Virus record (IMG/VR): IMGVR_UViG_3300029812_000129
Coordinates: 5,332-69,331 of that record
Length of the DNA: 64,000 nt
Strand: one strand, 5' to 3'
Source of the DNA: a virus
Below, one piece after another: positions 49,275 through 58,795 of the stretch (the stretch's first letter is position 1; each line of letters opens with the position of its first letter). The notes below the pieces were generated by a model that saw only the letters and a list, made by a program, of their open reading frames with translations, had not been told where the DNA came from and made no database searches. A program made the translations under genes and the position numbers.

Positions 49275-50069
49275 CTAATCTATTACTTTAAGTTCAATTA
49301 CCCAAACCCATGGATTTTTGTTCCACCTATAATCACGTTTTTTGTAAATTAAATCCCATAAAGTAGCAAATGATGTTCGAGCAAACCTCGTAGCTAAAAA
49401 CTCTCCGTGCCTGCCTTGCCACCCATCGGGCTTAGTAACGTTTTCCCAATAATGAAACCACTCGCTTCTCTTTCCAAGCACATAGTTTTTATACCATCCA
49501 TGCCCTTCGTTAATAACCCCTTCTGCTTTTGCATCTTCTTCCGTAATATCCTGCACCCTTTCAGCTCTTATATCTGTAATCTCAAGATTTATCCTTGAAG
49601 CCCAACGTGGCATATGGATTGAGGGTCGCCATCGGCAGGGAGATTGCCCTTTATCCCAATGATAATATCCATATTCATCTTTTGGTGTCCCTTTAGCCTC
49701 TGCCTCTTCTGAGCTTTGAATGCTCATCCGTTCGCACCAATCATCATAAGCGGATTCCGATACATCCCCCAAATCACATTCGCCCTCCTCTGCTTCGCCA
49801 CCAGCCTTATAACCAAACCACATAGGTTCGCCTTCCCAAAAACTTTCCACTCTCCATGTTTCCCGCACCCATAATCTATCTCCTATCTCATAAGGGCATT
49901 TAAGCTCATATCGCTTATCGTCAAAAATCGTATCCACATAAAAATTCCCTGCATTATTTATAACTTTTTCAATATCCTGAAATTTCATGGGTCTTCTCGT
50001 CTGTGTTTTCCTTCCTTCCAACAAGGCCTTAGCCATTTCTATATTGAAAATAATTGGATGTTCTTTCAT
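49275..50069 (-). CDS. ASCH/PUA-like domain protein
   Basis: PIIF...M..A.LEGRKTQTRR, LWVRETW, W.PSIHMPR.ASRI, NPWVWV. Confidence 0.8.
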   Translation of the reverse strand: MKEHPIIFNIEMAKALLEGRKTQTRRPMKFQDIEKVINNAGNFYVDTIFDDKRYELKCPYEIGDRLWVRETWRVESFWEGEPMWFGYKAGGEAEEGECDLGDVSESAYDDWCERMSIQSSEEAEAKGTPKDEYGYYHWDKGQSPCRWRPSIHMPRWASRINLEITDIRAERVQDITEEDAKAEGVINEGHGWYKNYVLGKRSEWFHYWENVTKPDGWQGRHGEFLATRFARTSFATLWDLIYKKRDYRWNKNPWVWVIELKVID

Positions 50070-50070
50070 C

Positions 50071-50475
50071 TCAATCCACCCTCTCGTAATGTTTTAATAC
50101 TTCCTCAGTTTGTTTATTCCTTTCTAATTCCATTATTTCTTGATTTTTAATAAATTCTGTTTTCTCTGCTTTTACTTCTTTTGCTCTTTTAGCAACCATT
50201 TTTTGAAAATCCTCAACCCATTTACCTTCGTGAAGCCAACCATAAGTTTCTGTCCATCCACAAAAACCACCAGTAACTCCATAAACTTTTACTGCTTTGG
50301 CCGAAGGAAACTTGCCAGGAAGGACTATTTCTCCTTTTGGAAGAACCCATATAGAAAATGTCCTACCTCTTGCGTGATAATCGCTGGAAATAAAAAACCT
50401 TCCATACTGCCCTGTTTTAAATAATTTTGCATATTTTCCGGCTCCTTCCATATCAATCAATCTCCTCTTAAACAT
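50071..50475 (-). CDS. Hypothetical protein
   Basis: ORF in operon. Confidence 0.5.
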   Translation of the reverse strand: MFKRRLIDMEGAGKYAKLFKTGQYGRFFISSDYHARGRTFSIWVLPKGEIVLPGKFPSAKAVKVYGVTGGFCGWTETYGWLHEGKWVEDFQKMVAKRAKEVKAEKTEFIKNQEIMELERNKQTEEVLKHYERVD

Positions 50476-50648
50476 TCTTCAGAACAATAACATTCCCATT
50501 CTCTATCAACCTTGTTTATTATCCAGCCAACTTCTCTTGCCTGTTTTAGTGTACCCACAACATCAATCATCCTATCAAACATTTCGCTAAAACCACACTT
50601 ACTACAATATATCGTAGTTGTTCCAAAATCTCTTTCTGATTCAATCAT
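50457..50648 (-). CDS. Small zinc-ribbon protein
   Basis: CSKC...GW...C...C. Confidence 0.45.
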   Translation of the reverse strand: MIESERDFGTTTIYCSKCGFSEMFDRMIDVVGTLKQAREVGWIINKVDREWECYCSEECLRGD

Positions 50649-50649
50649 A

Positions 50650-51255
50650 TTAATCTTCCCCTACAATATCTATAAAGCTTTCTTCTATATTCTCTAAGAT
50701 AGCTATCTTTATTCCTTTATACATCCAGGGATGATTTTTACAGCGTACTTGCCCACAATAATTTGTAGTATGGTAAAGACTACTACTTTCTTGCAACTCT
50801 TGAAAAGACTCTCTACTAAGAATTAAATACTTAGGTTTCTTACCAAGTGTTCTATAATAGAAATTAGCATATCTATCCCCAATTTCTTTTATAATGTTTT
50901 GTTTACCACGTAATACTTCTTTCATCATATGAATCATGTTTCCACAATTTATTTTAGCTTCCTGTAAAGTCTGCGATCTTCTAAGTTTATGATAGAAAGA
51001 GTTATTATCATCACATGCATATCCTGCTCTTGATAATAGACAATCCTCGCAGTTATTATCATATCCTTTACACAAAGGACAAAACCTTGCATAACAAGGA
51101 ATCCCTAATTTTTTGTTGTTTACCATAACTGTTGTAGAATCAAATCCACTGGCTATACTAAATTTGGTTGCCTTACCCAATAATCCCTTAATATCTTTTT
51201 CCCAGTGCTCGATAGATTCTCTTAATAGCCTTTGTTCTTCTACACTTAAATGCAT
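50650..51255 (-). CDS. Cys-rich paralog family member 1
   Basis: LLRESIEHWE..IPC...FCPLC..Y...C.DC. Confidence 0.6.
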   Translation of the reverse strand: MHLSVEEQRLLRESIEHWEKDIKGLLGKATKFSIASGFDSTTVMVNNKKLGIPCYARFCPLCKGYDNNCEDCLLSRAGYACDDNNSFYHKLRRSQTLQEAKINCGNMIHMMKEVLRGKQNIIKEIGDRYANFYYRTLGKKPKYLILSRESFQELQESSSLYHTTNYCGQVRCKNHPWMYKGIKIAILENIEESFIDIVGED

Positions 51256-51779
51256 TATCCCTCCATAGGTTTAATAAAGAAAATTTGTGCATAATTCATT
51301 ACAAATTCATTTGAATCAATACCAAGCATTTCGGATTCAGCATATCCTGGCCACAGACCTGTCCAACGAGCAAATGCCTTATCGTGTCCTTCACAATCAC
51401 ATTGTATCCTTTGCCCTCCACAAACAGAACATCTTTCTACGTCACAACCATCCTCATGTACCTGCCCTGGTTTTGCTTTACAATCGTGGCAGTCCTTTAG
51501 TTGGCCCATTTTCTCTCTCACAAATTCTCTCCTAATTTCCTCGGCTTCCGCAGCTTCAGTCTCCTGGTCGTCTTTCTCTATGGCTGCCTTACAGTATATC
51601 CCTTTATCCCCAGTCAATTCGCACAATAGCTTCAATGGGATAAGTGCATATCCATTAAGATAAAGTGAAAATACGCCATCATGGCCATGGATTACTGTTT
51701 TCTTTTTTTTCTTATCTGCTTTTCTAACCTGAATATAGCAATTTCTAAGATAAGAACGCTTAAAATCTTTTGTTGACAT
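51255..51779 (-). CDS. Protein with C-terminal Cys/His zinc cluster
   Basis: CHDC...PG..H..GCD.ERC..CGGQ...C.C. Confidence 0.55.
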   Translation of the reverse strand: MSTKDFKRSYLRNCYIQVRKADKKKKKTVIHGHDGVFSLYLNGYALIPLKLLCELTGDKGIYCKAAIEKDDQETEAAEAEEIRREFVREKMGQLKDCHDCKAKPGQVHEDGCDVERCSVCGGQRIQCDCEGHDKAFARWTGLWPGYAESEMLGIDSNEFVMNYAQIFFIKPMEG

Positions 51780-51987
51780 TTTCTACCTCCTTTTATCTTT
51801 AAATAAAATACCAATCAAGAACTTCTTCTATCCCATTATAAAATGTTTTCTTAAAGTCAGAGAAAGTCTCTGCTGTAATCAACGCTACTATAAACATACC
51901 TGTTGAAAATACTATCATTAATAATACAAACAATGGCCAAAGCATTATATATCTAATCGTTTTAAACATCTTTTACCTCCTAAAGAA

Positions 51988-52015
51988 ATAATACTATAAC
52001 GGATAAAAAAGTCAA
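51988..52015 (-). promoter_or_regulatory. Promoter for the leftward accessory block
   Basis: TTGACT-16 nt-TATTAT directly upstream of GGAGG/ATG. Confidence 0.55.
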
Positions 52016-52222
52016 TACCCTCTGAACAGGTACCTTCTATATAAAGATGGTTTTTATATATAAGAGATAGGGGGGGGGCAATATAAAACCAAGCTTTTAT
52101 ATAGGTAATGTATTCCGTTAGATTTTAGATGTCTAAAAATTGAGCTGACCTTGGGGTGATTGCGTGGGTCAGAAGTACTGCTCGGCTGTCAAAACTAATT
52201 TATAGGCTGTTGATGGGGGGTA

Positions 52223-52251
52223 ACGTATTATAACTATATATTATGTTACAT
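52223..52251 (+). other. dif-like (Xer) recombination site candidate
   Basis: ACGTATTATAA-CTATATA-TTATGTTACAT; right arm is one mismatch from XerD arm TTATGTTAAAT. Confidence 0.4.
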
Positions 52252-52474
52252 TACAAACAAAAGTATTTTACAATGTAAACTATTTATATTATAAACTATA
52301 TATCATACTATACCAGTTAAACATCGTTATTATATTTATTAAACTATATACTATACGCTTTTTGATTAAAATGTTATGTTACAATAAAAGGTATTATAAT
52401 ATTTTAGTTATTGCCTACCAATAAATAATGTTTTATAATGTAAATATTTTACAATGTAAAGTATATTTAGACAC

Positions 52475-52510
52475 AAAAAAAGAAGGTAGGGTTTTTAAGT
52501 CCTACCTTCT
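52475..52510 (-). terminator. Rho-independent terminator
   Basis: AGAAGGTAGG/CCTACCTTCT 10-bp stem followed by a T-run on the minus strand, after ORF 52531-52788. Confidence 0.7.
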
Positions 52511-52530
52511 CTTTGGTGTTATCCTTCTTG

Positions 52531-52788
52531 TTACCCTTGTTTTACTTCTTGCTGCTCTTCCTTCATTATATATACGGTTTGTTTTCTTAGTGCAACCGCC
52601 ACCGGTAACTTATGTTTTTTTGCTGTATTCCTAAAACCACTTTGTAAGCTGTTGGCTGTTTCGGTTCCTTCTGGTTCTATCTGAGCTGCTTTCATATCTG
52701 ATAATAAAAACTCCTCTAACGTTTCGAGATATTTTGATTCTTTTGTTATTATTGGGACTTCCTCGATGTTAACCCTTTTAAGTTTCAT
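52531..52788 (-). CDS. Small putative DNA-binding protein
   Basis: Own upstream promoter and terminator; SKY...L..F....AA. Confidence 0.5.
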   Translation of the reverse strand: MKLKRVNIEEVPIITKESKYLETLEEFLLSDMKAAQIEPEGTETANSLQSGFRNTAKKHKLPVAVALRKQTVYIMKEEQQEVKQG

Positions 52789-53051
52789 TTTATATCCTTC
52801 CCTTTTTAATTGTTTTTGTAGTTCCTTGTATTGTTTTAGATCCTGTTGGGTATTCTCCTAATTTGATAGCTTGTTAGTAAATGGCTATAATCCGGTTTGG
52901 TGGAAAGTCGATCCCTTCTTGCTTGCCTATCAAGGTTTTGAGTATATCTCCTAAAACAAAATTGGGATATACGCATGAAAAACCTTCCCAAAATAAAATA
53001 CAATTATTTCACCTCCCTTTTTTTATATTTTTCTCACCTCCTATACTTTTA

Positions 53052-53079
53052 ATTATACTCTTATTATATTTTTTTGCAA
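53052..53079 (-). promoter_or_regulatory. Promoter
   Basis: TTGCAA-16 nt-TATAAT. Confidence 0.5.
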
Positions 53080-53311
53080 GTCTTTATACCTATATATTAC
53101 CGATATTTTTAAAATTCTTTGCTTTTAGTCAAAACATATCCTGTGAATAGCGATCCGGACGTGATATTCTTATTTTAGAAGGTTAAAATGGAATTTATAC
53201 GTTTACACAATTATATATTTCTATTTAAGAATAATTATCAAAAAAGAAATTAGAGGAAAAAAGATTAAATGCTAGAACTGAAAAACATAAAATAAAGCTG
53301 GAGGTTTCAAA

Positions 53312-53563
53312 ATGTTAATAAAAGAAGTTTCAAAAGATTATATCAAGTTTGAGAAAATATTTGATTGTGACAAACCTATTATTAAACATAGTAAAATAAA
53401 ATTAGATTGTAGCCGTTATTTTGTTATAGATGACGGCTATTTTACTATTACTAGAGAAGAATATTCTGATAGATTAAAAGCTAAAGATAAAAAGGATAAA
53501 ATGGTTAAAAAGCTAATAGATAAATTTGGTTGTAAATGGGTAGAAAATCACAACCTACTATAA
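53312..53563 (+). CDS. Hypothetical early protein
   Basis: GGAGG RBS. Confidence 0.55.
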   Translation: MLIKEVSKDYIKFEKIFDCDKPIIKHSKIKLDCSRYFVIDDGYFTITREEYSDRLKAKDKKDKMVKKLIDKFGCKWVENHNLL

Positions 53564-53658
53564 AATAGAATAGAAAATAAATTATCCATTGCATAAAATA
53601 GTTGTAGTGGATAGATATAGTAGAACAGGAGACTATAAAATAAAGGTGGTGATAAAAA

Positions 53659-53931
53659 ATGTCAAAGCTAGATGAAAAAATAGAAAAAAGAATAGATGAA
53701 TTGATGGAGTATATAGAAGAATTACGTTTAGCAGATTTAAAGAGTAAAGCAGTTATAGAAAAACTAAAAGCAGATTTAACTGGTGGCTATTTTTACGAAG
53801 ATAATTGCCGAGTAAATTTTTCAGAAGACCATGGATGGTATATAAAAAGATATATTAATAGCAAGATAAAGACAGAAAGTATTTCAGAAGATATTGCAAA
53901 TAAACTAGTTAGAAATTCCTTTATGAATTAG
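53659..53931 (+). CDS. Hypothetical early protein
   Basis: GGTGGTG RBS. Confidence 0.5.
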   Translation: MSKLDEKIEKRIDELMEYIEELRLADLKSKAVIEKLKADLTGGYFYEDNCRVNFSEDHGWYIKRYINSKIKTESISEDIANKLVRNSFMN

Positions 53932-53963
53932 AAGTAAAATATATTAGATGGAGGTGAATAAAA

Positions 53964-54368
53964 ATGACTAAAGAAGAAGCATTGGCTAAACACTTAGAAG
54001 AAGATATAGATATGATAATAGAATCTAAATACGATGAAGATGAGTTCGAAGTATACGAACAAGAGTATTTAGTATTAACAGATGAGGAAGCTGATGAAAG
54101 AGCTAAAGAGTATATATTAGAATCTGTATGGTCTTTTAATGCCTGGTTTTTAGTAGCTCATATGCCAGAAGGAGTAGACGAAGATGCGATTAAGCTTATA
54201 CAAGAAAAATGTTGCGAAGATGCTAATAATACATTTTTAGCAATGATAGAAGATAAAGACTATTTTGTAGAAGATGCAATATCTACTGATGGTAGAGGAC
54301 ACTTTTTATCTTCGTATGATGGAAGTGAGTATGAAGTAGAAGGATATTATATTTACAGGACAAATTAA
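53964..54368 (+). CDS. Highly acidic protein, possible DNA mimic
   Basis: Very D/E-rich; DGRGHFLSSYDG.E...YYIYR end. Confidence 0.5.
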   Translation: MTKEEALAKHLEEDIDMIIESKYDEDEFEVYEQEYLVLTDEEADERAKEYILESVWSFNAWFLVAHMPEGVDEDAIKLIQEKCCEDANNTFLAMIEDKDYFVEDAISTDGRGHFLSSYDGSEYEVEGYYIYRTN

Positions 54369-54536
54369 AAAGTAAGGGAAGCAATAGAAATGAAAACTAA
54401 TTTGTTAGAATGGGGAAATGGGCATAAATGGTATATTAAAAGTTATGAGCAAGCAGAGCTTTATGCTTATATAAAAGCTTTTTATTTTAGTGATGTAAGG
54501 CTAAATGGGATATTAATAAAAAGAAGTTTTTAATGA

Positions 54537-54743
54537 TTGGAGGTGTTAAGTAAAGTGTTATTAAAAAATAAAATTATAAAAGAAATTAAAGAAGATAGAA
54601 ATAATTATTTTGGGTATAGTCATTTTGATGAAAGTAATATGGTTGACTATACTTTGATGAGTTGTGCAATACAGGATTTAATAGATGTTTATGGTATCAA
54701 CGAAGTTGAGGCAGCAGATATAGTAACTGCTTTAATACATTAG
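54537..54743 (+). CDS. Hypothetical protein
   Basis: GGAGG RBS nearby. Confidence 0.4.
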   Translation: MEVLSKVLLKNKIIKEIKEDRNNYFGYSHFDESNMVDYTLMSCAIQDLIDVYGINEVEAADIVTALIH

Positions 54744-54818
54744 ATTGGAGGTAGTAAGAAGTGTCTAAATACTATATAGGATTATTAAAAGGGAATAGAC
54801 AAAAATTGGAGGATAGAA

Positions 54819-55007
54819 GTGAAAAGATTTCTACGTATTGACAGAGAAGAATTTAATATAAGAGCTAAAAACGATAGACGTAAAAGAGTTAATCGTTTGG
54901 TAGTAGTTTATACAGATGGAGTATACAAATATGTTAAAGGTTTTGAGTTTCCAAAAACGGATAGTTGTGATGAAATGAATGCTAAGATCCCACAGATTAT
55001 AAATTAG
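54819..55007 (+). CDS. Hypothetical protein
   Basis: GGAGG RBS. Confidence 0.45.
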   Translation: MKRFLRIDREEFNIRAKNDRRKRVNRLVVVYTDGVYKYVKGFEFPKTDSCDEMNAKIPQIIN

Positions 55008-55024
55008 AGAGGGGATGAGAATAA

Positions 55025-55261
55025 ATGTATGCAGGCACAATTAAGCGTGAGAAGATAACTGATAAAACAATAATAGAATTATCTGTTGAAATTAGTCCCA
55101 AATGTAAAGATAGGCTATATGTAAGAGTAGTTACATGCGGGGCTACTGCTGAAGAAGAAGATAGAAATAACTTTTTATCAAAATATTTGTATTCAAGAAA
55201 TTTGGCTGAAGATTATATTAAAGAGCTAAAGATAAAGTTCTTTAAAGAGAAGTTGCGTTAA
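55025..55261 (+). CDS. Hypothetical protein
   Basis: GAGG RBS. Confidence 0.45.
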   Translation: MYAGTIKREKITDKTIIELSVEISPKCKDRLYVRVVTCGATAEEEDRNNFLSKYLYSRNLAEDYIKELKIKFFKEKLR

Positions 55262-55420
55262 ATGTATGTTCCAACAAGTAAAAAAGAGATTATAAAAAGA
55301 ATACAAAGATATGAGAAGTGCTTTTATAATAGAAACTATACTATAAAGGAGATTAAGAAAGAAAGAAGTAGAACAGAACTTGTTGGATGGTTGTCAAAGT
55401 TTAATTAAGGAGGTGCAGAT

Positions 55421-55678
55421 ATGATAGTTATGCAGGTAAAAGAATTTAATGTAAACGCAACGTCCAGATGGCAAAAAGCAGTAGATAGATATAGCAATAG
55501 AGAATGTGATTATTTCCCATTATTTGGTTTTTATGTTTTCCAAACAAAGAAAAAAGAGTTAAGGCAAAGAGGATATGTTGCAACAGGGATAGATGAAGGG
55601 AAAGATAAACATTGTTTTGGTATGAATAGAGAAAAAGCGATAAAAAAATATAAGGGGGTGAAAAAAGATGTCATGTGA
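55421..55678 (+). CDS. Hypothetical protein
   Basis: AGGAGGT RBS. Confidence 0.5.
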   Translation: MIVMQVKEFNVNATSRWQKAVDRYSNRECDYFPLFGFYVFQTKKKELRQRGYVATGIDEGKDKHCFGMNREKAIKKYKGVKKDVM

Positions 55679-55871
55679 GAAGTGCAAAGAGTATCAAAAA
55701 ACAGATTTGACTGCATATTATAGGTGGAAAAACGCTAATGTAGAAATGAGAGGCTGTGATAGACACTTAAAAGAAATATTTAGAGTTTTAGGTAAAGCTC
55801 AATCTACAGATAGGTATGAGCGTCAAGAAAAAGAGTTGGATAGAAGGATAGAAGAATACCAAAAAAGATAG
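55668..55871 (+). CDS. Small Cys/His protein
   Basis: CEKC...C..H. Confidence 0.45.
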   Translation: MSCEKCKEYQKTDLTAYYRWKNANVEMRGCDRHLKEIFRVLGKAQSTDRYERQEKELDRRIEEYQKR

Positions 55872-55890
55872 TATAGAAGGAGGTGGCAAG

Positions 55891-56214
55891 ATGCAAAAGA
55901 TATGTGCATACGAATACAAAGATTTAGATGAAGATGTAAAAGATGGGGTTGAGCAAGATGCTTTATGCGAAATAGTAGAAGATAGTCTATTGTTCCTATC
56001 TATCGACTTAGAAAAAGAGAATATAACAGAAGAAGAATACTATAAAGAACTTGGTTGCTCAAAATACTATGCAGAAACTACTTCTTGGTTTATTCCTGCA
56101 CGTTACTATGAAAAACATAAAGAAGAAATAGATAAAGAAGTAGAAATAAGGGTAAATTCTATGCTATATACTAAGTATGGTGTAGTAATAGGACACAAAG
56201 AGGAGGAGAAATAG
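55891..56214 (+). CDS. Acidic hypothetical protein
   Basis: AGGAGGT RBS; Y.Y.DL.E.VK start. Confidence 0.5.
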   Translation: MQKICAYEYKDLDEDVKDGVEQDALCEIVEDSLLFLSIDLEKENITEEEYYKELGCSKYYAETTSWFIPARYYEKHKEEIDKEVEIRVNSMLYTKYGVVIGHKEEEK

Positions 56215-56450
56215 AAAATGATTAGAAAAGAAATAGATATAAAGATAAGAGATGAAAAGTATGTTGCTAAAGTAATAGAAAAGAATAAAAAAGACGTTAG
56301 ATTACATATTCCGGCACTTGGTAGTTTGGTTATAACATTACCAATAAACAACGTAGAGAATAAAAGAGAGATTGTGCTTGTATGATTACTACAGAGCTAC
56401 TAGTTGTTTTAAATGGTTAGTAGCTCTATGGCAATTATATAATAAAGGAG

Positions 56451-56771
56451 GTGAGAAAGATGGTTAATGTTTACAATGAGAACAGCGATGTCATCGCACG
56501 TGTAAAGTACAACCAGAATTTAGATAACTGGGACGGGAATAACTGGACATGTGGCGGTGGTCTTGGTATCCACAAGGGCATTACTCAACTTGCAGATGGA
56601 CAATATGTTTTAATTCGTGGATCGCAGTGGGAGGGAATACAGAGTACAGCAGAAGTTATCTCTACTAATAGAGCTATACAAGAGATTTTAAGAAGTGATA
56701 ACGCTGACGAGCTATTAAAGAAGTATGGGCTAACAAAAGAAGCAGACAAAATGTTAGTAAAGGAAGCATAA
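56451..56771 (+). CDS. Hypothetical protein
   Basis: LD.WDG.NW..GG.G.H.G, GSQW.G; likely start MVNV. Confidence 0.55.
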   Translation: MRKMVNVYNENSDVIARVKYNQNLDNWDGNNWTCGGGLGIHKGITQLADGQYVLIRGSQWEGIQSTAEVISTNRAIQEILRSDNADELLKKYGLTKEADKMLVKEA

Positions 56772-56786
56772 ACAATAGACCTGGGC

Positions 56787-57077
56787 ATGTCTTTAAACTG
56801 CCCAACTAAAATGAAAGGAGTGACTATGTTTGATGTGAGATTACCAAGAGAATTTAAAAAGAACTATTTAACACAACAAAATGCAATGAAGGTTGCAGGG
56901 ATTGCGTCAAGCAATCTATACACTAATATTGCACAACAAGCTACAAAGCAAGCGTTGGCAAAGGTTATAGAAAAAGACTCTAATAGAAGTTTTACGGACT
57001 GCATAAACTATGTCAAAAATATATCTGAAAAGAAATTAGAAGAATTTGTTAAAAAAGCACGTAAATTTGTGAGATAA
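56787..57077 (+). CDS. Hypothetical protein (likely start MFDV)
   Basis: AAGGAG RBS before internal ATG. Confidence 0.5.
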   Translation: MSLNCPTKMKGVTMFDVRLPREFKKNYLTQQNAMKVAGIASSNLYTNIAQQATKQALAKVIEKDSNRSFTDCINYVKNISEKKLEEFVKKARKFVR

Positions 57078-57091
57078 AGGAGAGGATAAGA

Positions 57092-57535
57092 ATGACTGTT
57101 CAGGAATTAGCAGAAGAGTATTATAAGTATTTTGAGTATAAAGAAAGGGATAATGGAGATAGGTTTGTATGCTTAAAGGATGATAGACCAGAAGAATTAA
57201 GAGATTTAGTTTATAAAGCCCACGATAAGATGATGCCAGATGATTATAAATATCAGTATATTCATGATGCAATAGAAATGATTGCAGACGCAGATGATGA
57301 TAGGTTGGAAGAACCAGAAATAGAACCAGATGTTTATGATTCAGATCTATTTGATTGGTTGTCTTCTAACTTAACCAGACAATACTATGTAGATGAAGCA
57401 GTAAATGACATTGGTCATGGCAAAAGTATAACAGATGACATTATGTATGGTCAAGTAGAAGAGAAAAGAGAAGTATATTTTAGTGTATTAGAATCGTTAA
57501 GAGATATAACAGAGGAGATGGAAGAAGATGAATAA
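57092..57535 (+). CDS. Ocr (T7 gp0.3)-like anti-restriction DNA mimic
   Basis: Very acidic; IHDAIEMIAD...PDVYDSDLFDW resembles Ocr LHDAIHMAAD...PHYYADIF. Confidence 0.55.
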   Translation: MTVQELAEEYYKYFEYKERDNGDRFVCLKDDRPEELRDLVYKAHDKMMPDDYKYQYIHDAIEMIADADDDRLEEPEIEPDVYDSDLFDWLSSNLTRQYYVDEAVNDIGHGKSITDDIMYGQVEEKREVYFSVLESLRDITEEMEEDE

Positions 57536-57848
57536 GCAAGAGAGAGAGGAGGTAGAAACCGTTAGGCTTATATTACACGAAATGTTTGGAGATAGACCAG
57601 AGCATGTAGAGATTTGCTCTTGTGTTACCGATAAACTTTATAGGCTATCCCATACGAAAGATACTATGTTACAACAGTTAGTAGATGACATTGTTGGTAG
57701 AAGAGAGATAGCAAAGCGGAGTAAGGATGAAATGGATGATGGGTATAAAACTTTTTTCAATGGTGTTATTTTAGGTTACACAACATCTATTGAAGTAATA
57801 AAAAGGGAGATGGAATGGAATGATAGAGTTAAAAGAAATGAAAAATGA
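57528..57848 (+). CDS. Hypothetical protein
   Basis: Coupled ORF. Confidence 0.45.
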   Translation: MNKQEREEVETVRLILHEMFGDRPEHVEICSCVTDKLYRLSHTKDTMLQQLVDDIVGRREIAKRSKDEMDDGYKTFFNGVILGYTTSIEVIKREMEWNDRVKRNEK

Positions 57849-58125
57849 TTACGTAATAGACATATTAGTTGCAAACAATACTCGTAAAAAATTAGTAGAA
57901 AAAGTAGAACGGGAACTACATTATGCAATTGTACGTATAGGTTTTGATGAAAAAAATAAGTACACCTTAGTATCTTTTTCAAAAGATAAAGAAATATATG
58001 GTGAACAAGATACAACCTATGGTATCGCTAAGCGTTGTACCTATAGTAAAAAAGAAGATGAACATAAAGATTGTGTTGGAATAACAATAGCACTTTTAAG
58101 AGCTATGGGATTATCGGAGGATTAG
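57820..58125 (+). CDS. Hypothetical protein
   Basis: GIAKR....D......G..IAL.RA motif common in phage proteins. Confidence 0.5.
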   Translation: MIELKEMKNDYVIDILVANNTRKKLVEKVERELHYAIVRIGFDEKNKYTLVSFSKDKEIYGEQDTTYGIAKRCTYSKKEDEHKDCVGITIALLRAMGLSED

Positions 58126-58316
58126 ATATGGATAAAGAGGATATAAAAGATGTTAATATTTTTGAAGATTATGCTTATGAATTAACAGAGGTAGACGCAA
58201 TAAGGCTTTTTGTAGCAAAATTTAGTTCATCTTATACTTTGCAAATGGTTTTAGAGATGCCCTACAACGAACTAGTAGGCGTTATGTGGCAGACCGCAGA
58301 AGAAATTAGGAGGTGA
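58071..58316 (+). CDS. Hypothetical protein (likely start MDKE)
   Basis: GGAGG RBS. Confidence 0.45.
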   Translation: MCWNNNSTFKSYGIIGGLDMDKEDIKDVNIFEDYAYELTEVDAIRLFVAKFSSSYTLQMVLEMPYNELVGVMWQTAEEIRR

Positions 58317-58321
58317 AATAA

Positions 58322-58528
58322 ATGAGATTATATAGAGTTAAGATAAGGGGTGCAGTTAACCACAAAGTTTCCTATGCAGTAGCAAGCGATTCTGGCGAAG
58401 CATATAGAAAAGTACGGGATTTTCTTGATGATGAGGACTGGGGCGGTGTCGCAGGAAGAGATTTATTATCGGTTGAGCTTATAGCCGAAGAGCATTACAC
58501 ACTTTTAGATACTTTACTATTTTTATAA
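58322..58528 (+). CDS. Hypothetical protein
   Basis: AGGAGGT RBS. Confidence 0.5.
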   Translation: MRLYRVKIRGAVNHKVSYAVASDSGEAYRKVRDFLDDEDWGGVAGRDLLSVELIAEEHYTLLDTLLFL

Positions 58529-58537
58529 GGAGGACAA

Positions 58538-58795
58538 ATGGTATCAGTAGAGAAAATGGACGATGCAATAGAAGCTATAACATGTTTATGTGAAAATGAT
58601 GTTGTGAGTAGTTCTTTGTGTGTAGATAAAGACATAGAATTCTATAGAATATATAGCCATGCATATTGGGACGCAATAATAGCTTTTGATCCCAACACAC
58701 AAGAAATAGTAGCATTTAGAAGTCATGTAATAACTTTAACAGAAGCAGAAGATATTTTAAAAGCGGAGGGGGTGATAAAAGATGTGTCTGTATAA
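58538..58795 (+). CDS. Hypothetical protein
   Basis: AGGAGG RBS. Confidence 0.5.
   Translation: MVSVEKMDDAIEAITCLCENDVVSSSLCVDKDIEFYRIYSHAYWDAIIAFDPNTQEIVAFRSHVITLTEAEDILKAEGVIKDVSV

Noticed and set aside
52428-53150. Plus-strand ORFs 52428-52634 and 52881-53150
   Set aside because: They overlap a terminator, promoter and minus-strand gene, are low complexity and lack an RBS
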